DNA of 64,000 nt from Polyangiaceae bacterium (GCA_035063585.1 JAPSGB010000004.1:64001-128000), one strand, 5' to 3'. Positions 44,254-53,903 are shown, counted from the stretch's first letter. Notes: generated from the sequence alone by a model not told the origin. Numbers and translations are program-made.

Positions 44254-45318
44254 CTACGGAAATAGTGCCACTTCCGGGAGCCCGAGGCCGTCGGCGAGCC
44301 CGAGCGCCACGTTGAGCGCCTGGACGGCCTGCGCCGAGGCTCCTCGCGTCAGGTTGTCGATCGCGCCGAACGCGAGCACGGTCCCGGTGCGCTCATCGAG
44401 CGCGTAGGCGACGTGGGCGCGCGCCGACCCGCGGACCCAGAGCGTGTCCGGTAGCCGGCCCTCATCGAGCACGGTGACGAGCCCCTCGCGGTAGTGCTCG
44501 CGCGCGGCGGCGCGACACGCCTCGGCGGTCGTCCCGGGCCGCGCGAGCGCGTACCCGACGCTCAGGATGCCGCGCGTCATCGGGACCAGGTGCGGCGTGA
44601 ACACGACGGTCACCGGTTCGCCGGCGGCGCGGGACAACTCCTGCTCGATCTCGGGCGTATGGCGGTGCGCTCCGGCGACCTTGTAGGCGCGGAGCCCCTC
44701 GCTGGTCTCCGAGAAGTGCGTCGACGGCGCGGGCGTGCGCCCGGCGCCGCTCACGCCACTCTTCGAGTCGATGATGATCCCTCGCGGCTCGACCAGCCCG
44801 CGCGCCAGCAAGGGCGCGAGCGGGAGCACCGAGCTGGTCGGATAGCAGCCGGGCGCGGCGATGAGCCGCGCTCCCGCGAGCTCCGCTCGGTGGAGCTCGG
44901 GCTGACCATAGACGGCGCGCGAGAGCAGCGCAGGCGCCGGGTGCTCACCATAGAACGCCGCGTAGGTCGCTGGATCGCGGAGCCGGAAGTCGGCCGAGAG
45001 ATCGACCACCCGCGCGCCGGCTTCGAAGAGCGCGGCGCCGACCCGCGCGCTGGTCGCGTGTGGGAGCGCGGTGAACACCACGTCGGCGCGCGTGGCGGCG
45101 GCCGCGGCGTCGTCCGGCTCGAACCGCTCGAGCACGCGGTCGCCGAGCCCGGCGACGCCGTCCATCGAGGGCAGCACCTCGCCGAGGCGCCGGCCTGCGC
45201 GCTCACGCGCCGCGACCCACGCCAGCTCGAGCCGCGGGTGCCCGTGCACCAGTCGGAGCAGCTCCGCTCCGGTGTAGCCGGCGGCGCCGACGATCCCGAC
45301 GCGAACCCGTTCGGACAT
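44254..45318 (-). CDS. argC: N-acetyl-gamma-glutamyl-phosphate reductase
   Basis: GAAGYTGAEL, VFTALPH, DLSADFR, PGCYPT, SGVSGAGR, HRHTPEI, IDNLTRGA. Confidence 0.95.
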   Translation of the reverse strand: MSERVRVGIVGAAGYTGAELLRLVHGHPRLELAWVAARERAGRRLGEVLPSMDGVAGLGDRVLERFEPDDAAAAATRADVVFTALPHATSARVGAALFEAGARVVDLSADFRLRDPATYAAFYGEHPAPALLSRAVYGQPELHRAELAGARLIAAPGCYPTSSVLPLAPLLARGLVEPRGIIIDSKSGVSGAGRTPAPSTHFSETSEGLRAYKVAGAHRHTPEIEQELSRAAGEPVTVVFTPHLVPMTRGILSVGYALARPGTTAEACRAAAREHYREGLVTVLDEGRLPDTLWVRGSARAHVAYALDERTGTVLAFGAIDNLTRGASAQAVQALNVALGLADGLGLPEVALFP

Positions 45319-45386
45319 GGGCCGCATCTACCACGCCGCGACGAAGCGCTCGGCGCGATCTTGCGCCGAACCGACCTCACCCCCAC

Positions 45387-45425
45387 AAAAAGCAGCTCGG
45401 CGCCCCGAACCGCCGGGGCGCCGAG
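45387..45425 (-). terminator. Intrinsic terminator after rpsI
   Basis: 12-bp stem CTCGGCGCCCCG/CGGGGCGCCGAG followed on the minus strand by CTGCTTTTT. Confidence 0.65.
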
Positions 45426-45437
45426 GCGAGCGCATGC

Positions 45438-45836
45438 TCAGCGCTTCGAGTACTGGAAGCGCTTGCGAGCGCCAGCCTGACCGTACTTCTTGCGCTCCTT
45501 CTTGCGGGCATCGCGGGTAAGGAACCCGGCGCGCTTGAGCGCGCCGCGCCGCTCGAGATCCTCGCTCGAGAGCGCCCGAGCTACGCCGTGGCGCACGGCC
45601 TCCGCCTGCGCGCTGTGCCCACCGCCGGCGACCGTGGCGCGGACGTCGTATTTGTCGGTGAGCTCGAGGAGCTCGAGGCTCTGCCGCGCGACCATCCGCG
45701 ACGTCTCGCGCTCGAAGTAGACCGCGACGTCGGTGCCGTTGATCGTGATCTGGCCGCTGCCCGGGGAGATCCAGACGCGCGCGACGGCCGTCTTGCGCTT
45801 GCCGGTGGCGTAAAGAGGGGTAGTAGCTTCGGACAT
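45438..45836 (-). CDS. rpsI: 30S ribosomal protein S9
   Basis: [28 protein letters not shown]...QYSKR. Confidence 0.98.
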   Translation of the reverse strand: MSEATTPLYATGKRKTAVARVWISPGSGQITINGTDVAVYFERETSRMVARQSLELLELTDKYDVRATVAGGGHSAQAEAVRHGVARALSSEDLERRGALKRAGFLTRDARKKERKKYGQAGARKRFQYSKR

Positions 45837-45852
45837 TGCTTCTGTTCTCGAC

Positions 45853-46287
45853 TCAGAGCGGGAGGGGCTCGGGCTTCTGGGCTTGGTGCGGGTGGTCCCC
45901 CGAACCGTAAATCTTGAGTTTGCTCAGCATCTCGCGGCCGAGCACGTTCTTCGGGAGCATTCCCTTCACGGCGAGCTCGATGGGCCGCTCCGGGAAGCGC
46001 GCGATGAGCTTCTCGAAGCTCTGCTCGCGGATGCCGCCCGGGTAGCCGCTGTGCCGGTAGTACTTCTTGTCGGTCGCCTTGTTGCCGGTGACCTTCACCG
46101 CCGCCGCGTTCACCACGATGACGAAATCGCCAGTGTCGAGGTGCGGCGTGTAGGTGGCCTTGTGCTTGCCGCGGAGGATGGTGGCGACGCGGGTCGCCAG
46201 CCGACCGAGCGGCTGATCCTTGGCGTCGATGACCCACCACTTGCGGGTGGCCTGTGCCTCGGCGGTTTTCGCCATGTAAGTGCGCAT
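45853..46287 (-). CDS. rplM: 50S ribosomal protein L13
   Basis: [40 protein letters not shown]. Confidence 0.98.
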   Translation of the reverse strand: MRTYMAKTAEAQATRKWWVIDAKDQPLGRLATRVATILRGKHKATYTPHLDTGDFVIVVNAAAVKVTGNKATDKKYYRHSGYPGGIREQSFEKLIARFPERPIELAVKGMLPKNVLGREMLSKLKIYGSGDHPHQAQKPEPLPL

Positions 46288-46364
46288 GATGAGGGACCTC
46301 TGACTCGGGTGCCACGGGGCCGCTCCGCGACGAGACGCGCGGCGCGGGAGCAGCGGGGGGGTGG

Positions 46365-46393
46365 TTTCTAGCCGCGAGCCCCCGGCTCGTCAA
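46365..46393 (-). promoter_or_regulatory. Sigma70-type promoter of rplM-rpsI
   Basis: TTGACG-N17-TAGAAA on the minus strand, about 80 bp upstream of rplM. Confidence 0.55.
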
Positions 46394-46561
46394 GAACGCT
46401 CGGGGGGCCGGGTCGCGCCGGGCGGAGGCCTAGCGAACGGGCTTGAACCCGGGAGGAGTCCGGGCCAGATTCTTGGGTCTTGCACGCTGCCTTGACTCGG
46501 GCCACCCCCGCCCCAGGCGGCGCCGCCCCTCGGTCGACCCGGGAAAGGCCTGGATTTTCCG

Positions 46562-48502
46562 ATGCATGCGACAGGTAACCTGAAAATCCTCGATGAGCTC
46601 GTGTCGCTTGGCGCGATCACGGCTGAAAATCAGGAGGCCGTGCTCGCGTACTTGCAGCGGACCGGCGGGCGCTATGAGGAGGCGCTCCTCGAGGTGCGCG
46701 CCCTCGACGAGGTATCGCTGCTAAAGCACCTGGCCGCCCTCTATAAGACCCGCTTCGTCTCGACCGAGAAGCTCGCCAAGGCCGACATCGACCGGGGGAC
46801 CCTGGATCGCGTGCCGAGGAAGCTCGCCGAGCAGGAGGGTATCTTCCCCGTGCTCTTCGACGGTCGAGCGAGCGTGCTCAGCGTGGTGGCCGCCGATCCC
46901 GACAACGCGATGGCGCTCCAGGAGCTCAAGCTCGCTTCCGGGGTGAAGGAGCTCCGCGTGTTCGTGGCGCGACCGGCGTCCATCCGCGCCGCCATCAACA
47001 AGGCGTACGGCGGAGACATCCACGCCTTCGCGGCCCTCGACAAGAGCGCTCACGAGCAGTTCACCACCATGCTCGACGTCTACGAGCGGAACTTGGTGAG
47101 CGAGGAGAGCCTGACTACGGCCCTCGCGGCTGAGCGGTCGGGCGGCGATCGGATGTTGTCGTCGAGCGATCTGGAGAAATCGACCGCGACGGTCTCCGGG
47201 CGCGCGCTCGCCAACGATGCGTACCTCGAGACGCTCAACGTGCTGGTCTCGCTGATCGAGAATTCCAGGCCGGATCTGCGCGGTCACTCCGCGCACGTCG
47301 CCCGGCTGATGAAGAAGGTCGGTGAGCGGATCGGAGTGAGCGAGGTCGAGCGGAACGGGCTCGTCATCGGAGGCTACATCCACGACCTCGGGAAGATGGG
47401 CTCGTACCACCTCACCTCCCTCAACGTGAGCGAGTACGAGGGGCACCGGGTCTCGGCCGAGAAGCTCTGCCGCGCGCCGGCTCGCCTGCTCGAGGCGGTG
47501 AAGCTCCCGCGTGAGATCGTGGCGGCGGTCGAGTCGATGTACGAGCGCTACGACGGCAAGGGCCTCCCCGGCTCGCTCTCTGCCAAGGACATCCCGCTCG
47601 GCGCGCGCCTGCTGGCGATCGCGGACACCTACGCCGATCTCACCCAGAACCCGCGCAACCCCTTCCGCAAGACGCTGAGGCCGCTGCAGGCGTGCGACGT
47701 CCTGGCCCGCTACAAGGGGAGCATCTTCGACCCGAACCTGGTGGACCTCTTCAGGCACACGGTCACCGGCGACGACCTGAAGGCGCGCCTGCTCGCGAAC
47801 CGCCACCGCGCGCTCATCGTGGATCCGGATCCCGAGGAGACGACGGTGGTCGAGCTCCGGCTCATCGAGCAAGGCTACGAAGTGGAGATCGCGCGCACCG
47901 CGGAGGCCGCCCTGAAGCTCCTCGAGCGCGGGGAGACGGAGGTCGTGGTCAGCGAGATCGACCTGAAGCCGTCGGATGGCTACGCGCTGCTCGCCGAGGC
48001 GCGCCGTCAGCCCTGGGGCCAGGGGCTGCCCTGGGTGATCGTGACCAGCCGAACCGGAGGAGCCGAGGCGCAGCGCGCCTTCCAGATGGGAGCGGCGGAC
48101 TTCATGACCAAGCCGGTCGCAGCGGATCTCTTGGTCGCGAAGATCAGCCAGATCCTGGAGCGCGAGGCGACGCGGGCCGGCACGAGTCGCGGGGTCTCGG
48201 GCTCGCTGCAGGAGATGGGCCTACCGGACATGGTCCAGGTCTTGTGGCACGGCCGGAAGACCGGCTCGCTCAAGCTTCGCTCCGGGACCGACTCGGGCGA
48301 GATCCATTTCGTGAACGGCGCGATCTATAATGCCCTGTGGGCGAAGCTCCGCGGGGAGGACGCCTTCTACGCGATGCTTCAATTGACTCAGGGGGACTTC
48401 GCGCTCGACCCGAACTTCACCGCTCCGCAGCAGCTCATCCAGGCGAGCCCCGAGGCGCTCCTCTTGGAGGGCATGCGCCGCCTGGACGAGGCCGCGAGGT
48501 AG
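46562..48502 (+). CDS. Multidomain signalling protein: MshEN/GspE-N-like, HD-GYP-like, REC and DUF4388
   Basis: N-terminal GspE_N-like (LDRVPRKLA...FPV...VVAADP); IHDLGK...ERYDGKGLP...IPLGARLLAIAD; REC (GAADFMTKP); GSLQEMGLPDMVQ...KTGSL...LLLEGMRRLDE. Confidence 0.85.
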   Translation: MHATGNLKILDELVSLGAITAENQEAVLAYLQRTGGRYEEALLEVRALDEVSLLKHLAALYKTRFVSTEKLAKADIDRGTLDRVPRKLAEQEGIFPVLFDGRASVLSVVAADPDNAMALQELKLASGVKELRVFVARPASIRAAINKAYGGDIHAFAALDKSAHEQFTTMLDVYERNLVSEESLTTALAAERSGGDRMLSSSDLEKSTATVSGRALANDAYLETLNVLVSLIENSRPDLRGHSAHVARLMKKVGERIGVSEVERNGLVIGGYIHDLGKMGSYHLTSLNVSEYEGHRVSAEKLCRAPARLLEAVKLPREIVAAVESMYERYDGKGLPGSLSAKDIPLGARLLAIADTYADLTQNPRNPFRKTLRPLQACDVLARYKGSIFDPNLVDLFRHTVTGDDLKARLLANRHRALIVDPDPEETTVVELRLIEQGYEVEIARTAEAALKLLERGETEVVVSEIDLKPSDGYALLAEARRQPWGQGLPWVIVTSRTGGAEAQRAFQMGAADFMTKPVAADLLVAKISQILEREATRAGTSRGVSGSLQEMGLPDMVQVLWHGRKTGSLKLRSGTDSGEIHFVNGAIYNALWAKLRGEDAFYAMLQLTQGDFALDPNFTAPQQLIQASPEALLLEGMRRLDEAAR

Positions 48503-48657
48503 CTCCGCGGGGGCTATGGCTGGGCGGGCGTAGACGGTGCCCGCGCGAAAGCGCGCGGGACGGCGGTGCCGCGGGGCCTGCCGTCATGGCGCGCGGCGTG
48601 GTAGGGTTCGAGGTCCGGTGCTCATGGTAACCACGCACCGCTCGGAGCTCTCTCGCC

Positions 48658-49581
48658 GTGCCGAAAGATCCGCCGCCTCTCCTCGGCTTCAACAACAACG
48701 TCAAGCACGAGGGGCGCATCTTTCACATCCAGACCGAGGACTCCGGCATCCGGCGGCCGCGGATCGTGACGCACCTCTTCGCTGACGGCGGCCGTATCCT
48801 GAAGACGACGCGCACCGACTACAGCGAGCACCTCGGGCGTGACGACATGGTGGCGGTCGTCAAGCGGATGATGAAGGGGCAGCACAAGGCGATGTTCATC
48901 GCCTTGCGCGCAGGTGAGCTCGACGCGCTCATCTTGGAGGCTTGCGGGCCGCTCTCGAGCGCCGCGCCTTCGGAGGGCCGCTCGGGGCGGCGCTCGAAGC
49001 CGCCGCCGAAGCCCTCCCGGCCACCGCCGCGCGCGAGCGAGCCGCCGCCCTCGGAGGCGAGCTCGAGCGTGCCCACTCTCGAGCAGTTCGCGCCCACCGC
49101 CGAGCAGCTCGCGGCGGCGACTGCGGTCGCCGCGATGCCGCGCCGAGCGCCGCGGGCGCGCAGCCTCTCGAACCCGAGCCTCCGGCGTGTCGGGCCGAGC
49201 GTCCCTCCGCCCTCGCGCGGAGAGCTCGAGCTCGACGTGGCCTCCCTCGACGAGCACCCGCCGGCCCCACGCCTCCCCGACGCCGCGGTCGGCGCGGCGC
49301 TCGAACCGCTGGCGGGGCACGAGAGCGGAACGCACCGCGCCGCGCGCTCGAGGACTCCGCCGCCGCTCCCCTCACGCGGCACGCCGGCGCTCGGCACACC
49401 GAGCAGCGCGGCGCCGCAACCCTCCGGCAAGTACGCCGCGTCGCGACCCGCCGCGATCTTCACCGAGCCGTCGCCGGAGAAGCGCAGCATCTTCGGCGAG
49501 AGCATGATCAGCGAGAAATCGCTCGACGAGGTGATCTTGAGCTACCTCGCCGACGACCTCGAGACCCCCTCGGGAGACTGA
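48658..49581 (+). CDS. Hypothetical protein with folded N-terminus, Pro-rich linker and conserved-looking tail
   Basis: GFNNNVKH...HIQTEDSG...THLFADGG N-domain; tail FGESMISEKSLDEVILSYL. Confidence 0.7.
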   Translation: MPKDPPPLLGFNNNVKHEGRIFHIQTEDSGIRRPRIVTHLFADGGRILKTTRTDYSEHLGRDDMVAVVKRMMKGQHKAMFIALRAGELDALILEACGPLSSAAPSEGRSGRRSKPPPKPSRPPPRASEPPPSEASSSVPTLEQFAPTAEQLAAATAVAAMPRRAPRARSLSNPSLRRVGPSVPPPSRGELELDVASLDEHPPAPRLPDAAVGAALEPLAGHESGTHRAARSRTPPPLPSRGTPALGTPSSAAPQPSGKYAASRPAAIFTEPSPEKRSIFGESMISEKSLDEVILSYLADDLETPSGD

Positions 49582-49725
49582 GCCGAGGCGCCCCTCTCCG
49601 GAGGGTGGTCGGAGCGGCGCGGAACCCGGGTTGGGCGGAGCACGCGCTCGGGCGGAGCGCGCGGCAGATACCGGGTTGCCTCGGGCCGAGAAATTCTCGA
49701 GCATACTCGTCGAGGGTGCCTCGGG

Positions 49726-51573
49726 GTGAGCGGAGCCGACTACGACGAGCTGAAGAACCAGGCCTCGCGCTTTCGCGCGCTCGCGAACGCCGCGTTCGAG
49801 GCGCTCGCGCTACACGAGCACGGCGTCATCACCGATGTCAACGACGCGTTCGTCGAGCTCTTCGGCTACGCGCGCGAGGAGACGGTCGGCAAGCACGTCA
49901 TCGAGTTCGCCGCGCCGGAATCGCGTCCGTTGCTCGAGGAGAAGCTCCGCTCGGGGGCCGTGAGCGCGTACGAAGGGCTCGCGCTCCGTAGAGATGGAAC
50001 CCGCTTCGCGGTGCAGGTCCGCGGTCGTCCGATCACGGTGGGCGGCATCGAGCTTCGCGCGGTGGCGCTCCGGGACATCGGCGGCGCCCGCGCGATGGGT
50101 GGAGTGTTCGACCGCATCACCGAGTCGGTCGTGGGGCTCGACGCGAACTTCCGGTTCATGTTCGCGAATCGCGCGGCGAGCGTCGTGTTCCGCACCGACA
50201 TGAAGCCCCTGATCGGGTCGGTGGTGTGGGACGCCTTCCCGACCATGGTCGGCTCCGCGCTCCAGGCGCAGCTCGAGCGCGCGCGAGAGACACAGGAACC
50301 GACCGAGCTCGAGCTCGACTCCCCCATGCTCGGGCACACGCTCCACATCCGCATCTTCCCTTCGCCCGAAGGGATGACGCTGCACACCCGCGACGTGACC
50401 GAGCAGCGGCGCCTCGAGGGCCAGCTGCGGGAGGCGCAGAGGCTCGAGGTGATCGGGCAGCTCGCCGGGGGCGTCGCGCACGATTTCAACAACCTCATGA
50501 CGGTGGTGCTCGCGAACGCGAGCATGCTGCGGCGAATGAGCGCGCCCGGCGGGCCCTTCGACGCGGGGCTCGCCGATCTCGAGTACGCCGGTCGGCGAGC
50601 AGCGGAGCTCACGCAGCAGCTCCTGGCGTTCGGGCGCCGGCAGGTGATGCGCCCGCGGCCGCTCGACTTGAACGAGATCCTGCGCGAGAACGCGACCACC
50701 GTGCAGCGGCTCGCCCGCGAGGACACCGAGCTGCGCCTCGTGCTCGCCCCGGAGCTCGGGGTCATCGAGGCCGATCGGGTCCAGGTCGAGCAGGTGCTCA
50801 TGAACCTCGCCGCCAACGCGCGCGACGCGATGCCGACCGGCGGCACGCTGACCATCGAGACGAAGCACGTGACGATCGGCGAAGCGCGCAGCCACGAGTA
50901 CGCCAGCGTAAACCCGGGAGAGTACGTGCTCCTGTCGATCAAGGACACCGGCGTCGGGATGGACGCCGAGACGACCGCGCGGGTGTTCGAGCCGTTCTTC
51001 ACCACCAAGGAGCTCGGGCACGGGACGGGCCTTGGCCTCGCGACGGTGTTCGGGATCGTGAAGCAGAGCCACGGGCACCTGCGGGTCGAGAGCGCGCGCG
51101 GCCAGGGCTCGACCTTCGAAGTGTATTTCCCCCGCGTGGCGGGCGCGCCCGCGCCCGTCGTCGCGCCTGAACCAGCCGCGCGCGCAGGCTCGGGTTCCGA
51201 GACGATCCTCGTCGTAGAGGACGAGGGCGCCGTGCGCCGGCTCCTCGGCGCGGTGCTGCGGAGGGCCGGGTACACCGTCATCGAAGCGAGCGGTCCGACC
51301 GAGGCGCTGGCCACCTGGGAGGCCACCGGAGGCGCAGCGCTCCTCTTGACCGACGTGGTCATGCCCACCATGGACGGGCGAAAGCTCGCCGCGGAGCTCG
51401 CGCGGTCGAGGCCCGAGCTCCGCGTCGTCTACATGTCGGGTTACACCGAGGACGTCATCGTGAACCGCGTGCTCGACGCGGGGGTCTCGTTCCTGCAGAA
51501 GCCCATCACGGTCGACGAGCTGTTGCGAACCGTGCGCGCTACGCTCGACGCGCCGGGGCCGGCGCGCCGCTGA
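49726..51573 (+). CDS. Cytoplasmic hybrid histidine kinase (PAS-PAS-HK-REC, CckA-like)
   Basis: Two PAS domains; LAGGVAHDFNN, NLAANARDAM, FEPFFTTK..GTGLGL; REC ILVVEDE...LTDVVMP...MSGY...KP. Confidence 0.93.
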   Translation: MSGADYDELKNQASRFRALANAAFEALALHEHGVITDVNDAFVELFGYAREETVGKHVIEFAAPESRPLLEEKLRSGAVSAYEGLALRRDGTRFAVQVRGRPITVGGIELRAVALRDIGGARAMGGVFDRITESVVGLDANFRFMFANRAASVVFRTDMKPLIGSVVWDAFPTMVGSALQAQLERARETQEPTELELDSPMLGHTLHIRIFPSPEGMTLHTRDVTEQRRLEGQLREAQRLEVIGQLAGGVAHDFNNLMTVVLANASMLRRMSAPGGPFDAGLADLEYAGRRAAELTQQLLAFGRRQVMRPRPLDLNEILRENATTVQRLAREDTELRLVLAPELGVIEADRVQVEQVLMNLAANARDAMPTGGTLTIETKHVTIGEARSHEYASVNPGEYVLLSIKDTGVGMDAETTARVFEPFFTTKELGHGTGLGLATVFGIVKQSHGHLRVESARGQGSTFEVYFPRVAGAPAPVVAPEPAARAGSGSETILVVEDEGAVRRLLGAVLRRAGYTVIEASGPTEALATWEATGGAALLLTDVVMPTMDGRKLAAELARSRPELRVVYMSGYTEDVIVNRVLDAGVSFLQKPITVDELLRTVRATLDAPGPARR

Positions 51574-51663
51574 GCGGCCGGCGCGCGCGCGACGAGCCCG
51601 CGGCGTCCAGGCCGCCAAGGCAAGACCCGGGGTTCCGCGCCGGACCGACCATCGCTCGGCCTG

Positions 51664-51771
51664 GAAGCTCGGCCCCGGCTCGTCCTCAGTGGCCGCGAGG
51701 CGGTCAGCGTTCGGGTAGATCGCAATGCGGTCACCGAAGCTCGGCCCCGGCTCGTCCTCAGTGGCCGCGAG
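51664..51771. repeat. Perfect 36-bp direct repeat (2 copies) separated by a 36-bp unique spacer
   Basis: GAAGCTCGGCCCCGGCTCGTCCTCAGTGGCCGCGAG at 51664-51699 and 51736-51771. Confidence 0.95.
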
Positions 51772-53605
51772 AGGGCGCCGGCTTCGCGCCCCAGATCCGC
51801 AGGCTCAGCGCGAGCCCGAGCACCGTGAACGGCAGGAGGAACAGCGGCCAGTACGACCAGCTCCGAGTGGTCAGGAACCCGAGGCTCACCGACTGAAGCG
51901 CGGTGCCGAGGTAGACGAGGCCGTCGATCGCCCCGACCGCGGTGGCGGCGGCCTTCCGTCCGCCAAAATCCATGGTGGCGGTGCCGCTCAACACGCCATG
52001 GCACCCGATGGTGGCGAGGCTCATGAGGAACACGACGACCCCGAGGAACCACGGGCTCAGCGGCAGCTCGGGACGCGCGCGAAGCAAGCGACCATCGCCC
52101 GCGCGCTGGACGGGCGCTGGGTCGGGCAGCGCGAGCGTGACCGTCTGCCCGGCGCGTTCGACGACCGCCGGGATCGGCCGCGCACCGACACCGGCGGGCC
52201 CTGCGTGCTCGGCGCCGCCGCTGGCGCAGGCGCACTTCGCGCTACTCCATGTGGAAGCGGAACAGCGCGGCTCCCAGCAGCTCACCGCCCGCCGCACGTC
52301 CGTCCAGCCGCGGATCCGGTCGACGCCGGCGATGCTCACGATGCGATCCCCAGCGTGGAGCCCGCTCTCGGGAGCGGCGCTGGCGACCACGTTCTCGGCG
52401 GGCGAGAGCGTGAAATACATCACCGCGGTCGAGAGCAGCATCAAGGCGTACATCCCGGCGGCGGCGGGGCCGCGGCGGCTCTGAAAGAAGAGGTCCGACA
52501 CCCACCCGGCGACGTTGCCGCCGATGACCCCGGAGACGAAGAGCAGGCCGCCCCACCCGCCTTGCAGGAACGGCGCGAGGAACGCGAGGCTGGCGAGCGC
52601 GGCGAGGACCGCGCGACGGCGGCCGCTCGCATACCGCGCGAGCACGCCCGACACCGCCGCCGTGGCGAAGCAGGCGACCACCACCCCGAAGTGCTCCCAG
52701 GACCCGTTGCGGAGCGGATGCGCGCTCGGGAGCGCCCAGATCTGCGACGCGTAGATGGGAAACCAGTGCATCACGCCGTTCCGCACCACGCCGGTGCAGA
52801 ACTCGATCCCGGCGACGGTGAGGATGATGGGGTTGGTGAAGAGTCGCTTGAAGAGCTCGAGGGTGGGCAGCGGCTCCTCACTGGCATCACCGCTCGAGGC
52901 GTCGCCGGTGTCGAAGTCCTGGAGCCCCGCCTGGCTCGGTCGATCGCGGAGCAGGAACGATTCGATGACGAGGATGAGCGCGAGCAACGCGGCTGGAACG
53001 ACGAACACCACCCACTCGGTCGGCTGCTCCTTCCAGAAGCGCTTCGCAAGCTCGAGAAACCACGCATTTCCGGTGAACGCGAAGAAGATCCCGCTGGCGA
53101 TCATCGCACCGAACACGCCCGAGAAGCCGCCGCGCTCGGTCACGTGGAACCAGTGCGCGTTCACCTTGACGATGGAGACCGCGCCGTAACTCTGAAAATA
53201 CATGTTCACCGCGTAGAGCGCGCTGAACACGCCGCGCAGCGGCGCGGCTCCCGGGCTCTCACTCGCGAGCACGTGGGCGAGATAGGCGCCCATCGCGAGG
53301 TTCGCGAAGAGCGCCCCGGTGAGGCCTATCAACATGCCCTTCCGCCCGCCGACGCGATCGACCAGGGGACCGTTCACGAGAAAGGCGAGGGCGTAGGTGA
53401 CGGTACCCGCCGCGAAGATGAGCCCGAAGTCCTCGTTCGTCATCAGGTGACCCAGCGAGGTCTTGGCGACGGTGAGGTTGTACCGGCCCATGTAGAGCAG
53501 CGCGTAAGCGAGCCCGAGGGGGAACCAGTTGAGGAAGCGCCGAGCGCGGAAGGCCGCGTCCCGCGGGTAGGTGGCTGCGCTTGGGTGCGGGTCCGCGGCG
53601 GTCAT
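51758..53605 (-). CDS. MFS transporter (GlpT/OPA-like) with PDZ-like insertion
   Basis: YMGRYNL, GPLVDRVGGRKG, WF..ERGGFSG, AGWVSD.FF..RR, AVGAIDGLVYLG; inserted SAAPESGLHAGDRIVSIAG. Confidence 0.85.
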   Translation of the reverse strand: MTAADPHPSAATYPRDAAFRARRFLNWFPLGLAYALLYMGRYNLTVAKTSLGHLMTNEDFGLIFAAGTVTYALAFLVNGPLVDRVGGRKGMLIGLTGALFANLAMGAYLAHVLASESPGAAPLRGVFSALYAVNMYFQSYGAVSIVKVNAHWFHVTERGGFSGVFGAMIASGIFFAFTGNAWFLELAKRFWKEQPTEWVVFVVPAALLALILVIESFLLRDRPSQAGLQDFDTGDASSGDASEEPLPTLELFKRLFTNPIILTVAGIEFCTGVVRNGVMHWFPIYASQIWALPSAHPLRNGSWEHFGVVVACFATAAVSGVLARYASGRRRAVLAALASLAFLAPFLQGGWGGLLFVSGVIGGNVAGWVSDLFFQSRRGPAAAGMYALMLLSTAVMYFTLSPAENVVASAAPESGLHAGDRIVSIAGVDRIRGWTDVRRAVSCWEPRCSASTWSSAKCACASGGAEHAGPAGVGARPIPAVVERAGQTVTLALPDPAPVQRAGDGRLLRARPELPLSPWFLGVVVFLMSLATIGCHGVLSGTATMDFGGRKAAATAVGAIDGLVYLGTALQSVSLGFLTTRSWSYWPLFLLPFTVLGLALSLRIWGAKPAPSRGH

Positions 53606-53747
53606 GTGGCCCGAGGATACACGCCCGCGCCAGCGAGGGCAGCGCGCGGGCCGGCGCCGGAGGCGCCGCTCACGGTGTTATTTTGCGCGGACCTGACGCT
53701 CGCCCCTTGACGCCTGCTCGATATGTGGGAAGCGTCGGGGCCCTCGC

Positions 53748-53819
53748 GGCGAGGTAGCCAAGTGGTTAGGCAACGGTTTGCAAAACCGTCATACGCCGGT
53801 TCGAATCCGGTCCTCGCCT
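53748..53819 (+). tRNA. tRNA-Cys (GCA)
   Basis: Acceptor GGCGAGG/CCTCGCC; anticodon arm ACGGT-TTGCAAA-ACCGT; T-arm GCCGG-TTCGAAT-CCGGT; U73 discriminator; followed by CCG rather than CCA. Confidence 0.95.
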
Positions 53820-53903
53820 CCGAAACAAGAGCGGCGTGAACGAGCGACGGCGCGAGCGCGCTCTCACGCGACTCGCGCCGTCTGCCTACTCGACCGGTGC
53901 GGG

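Noticed and set aside
51664..51771. Bona fide CRISPR array
   Set aside because: Only two repeats, no cas genes or AT-rich leader, and one repeat overlaps a stop codon; kept as a repeat and a finding only
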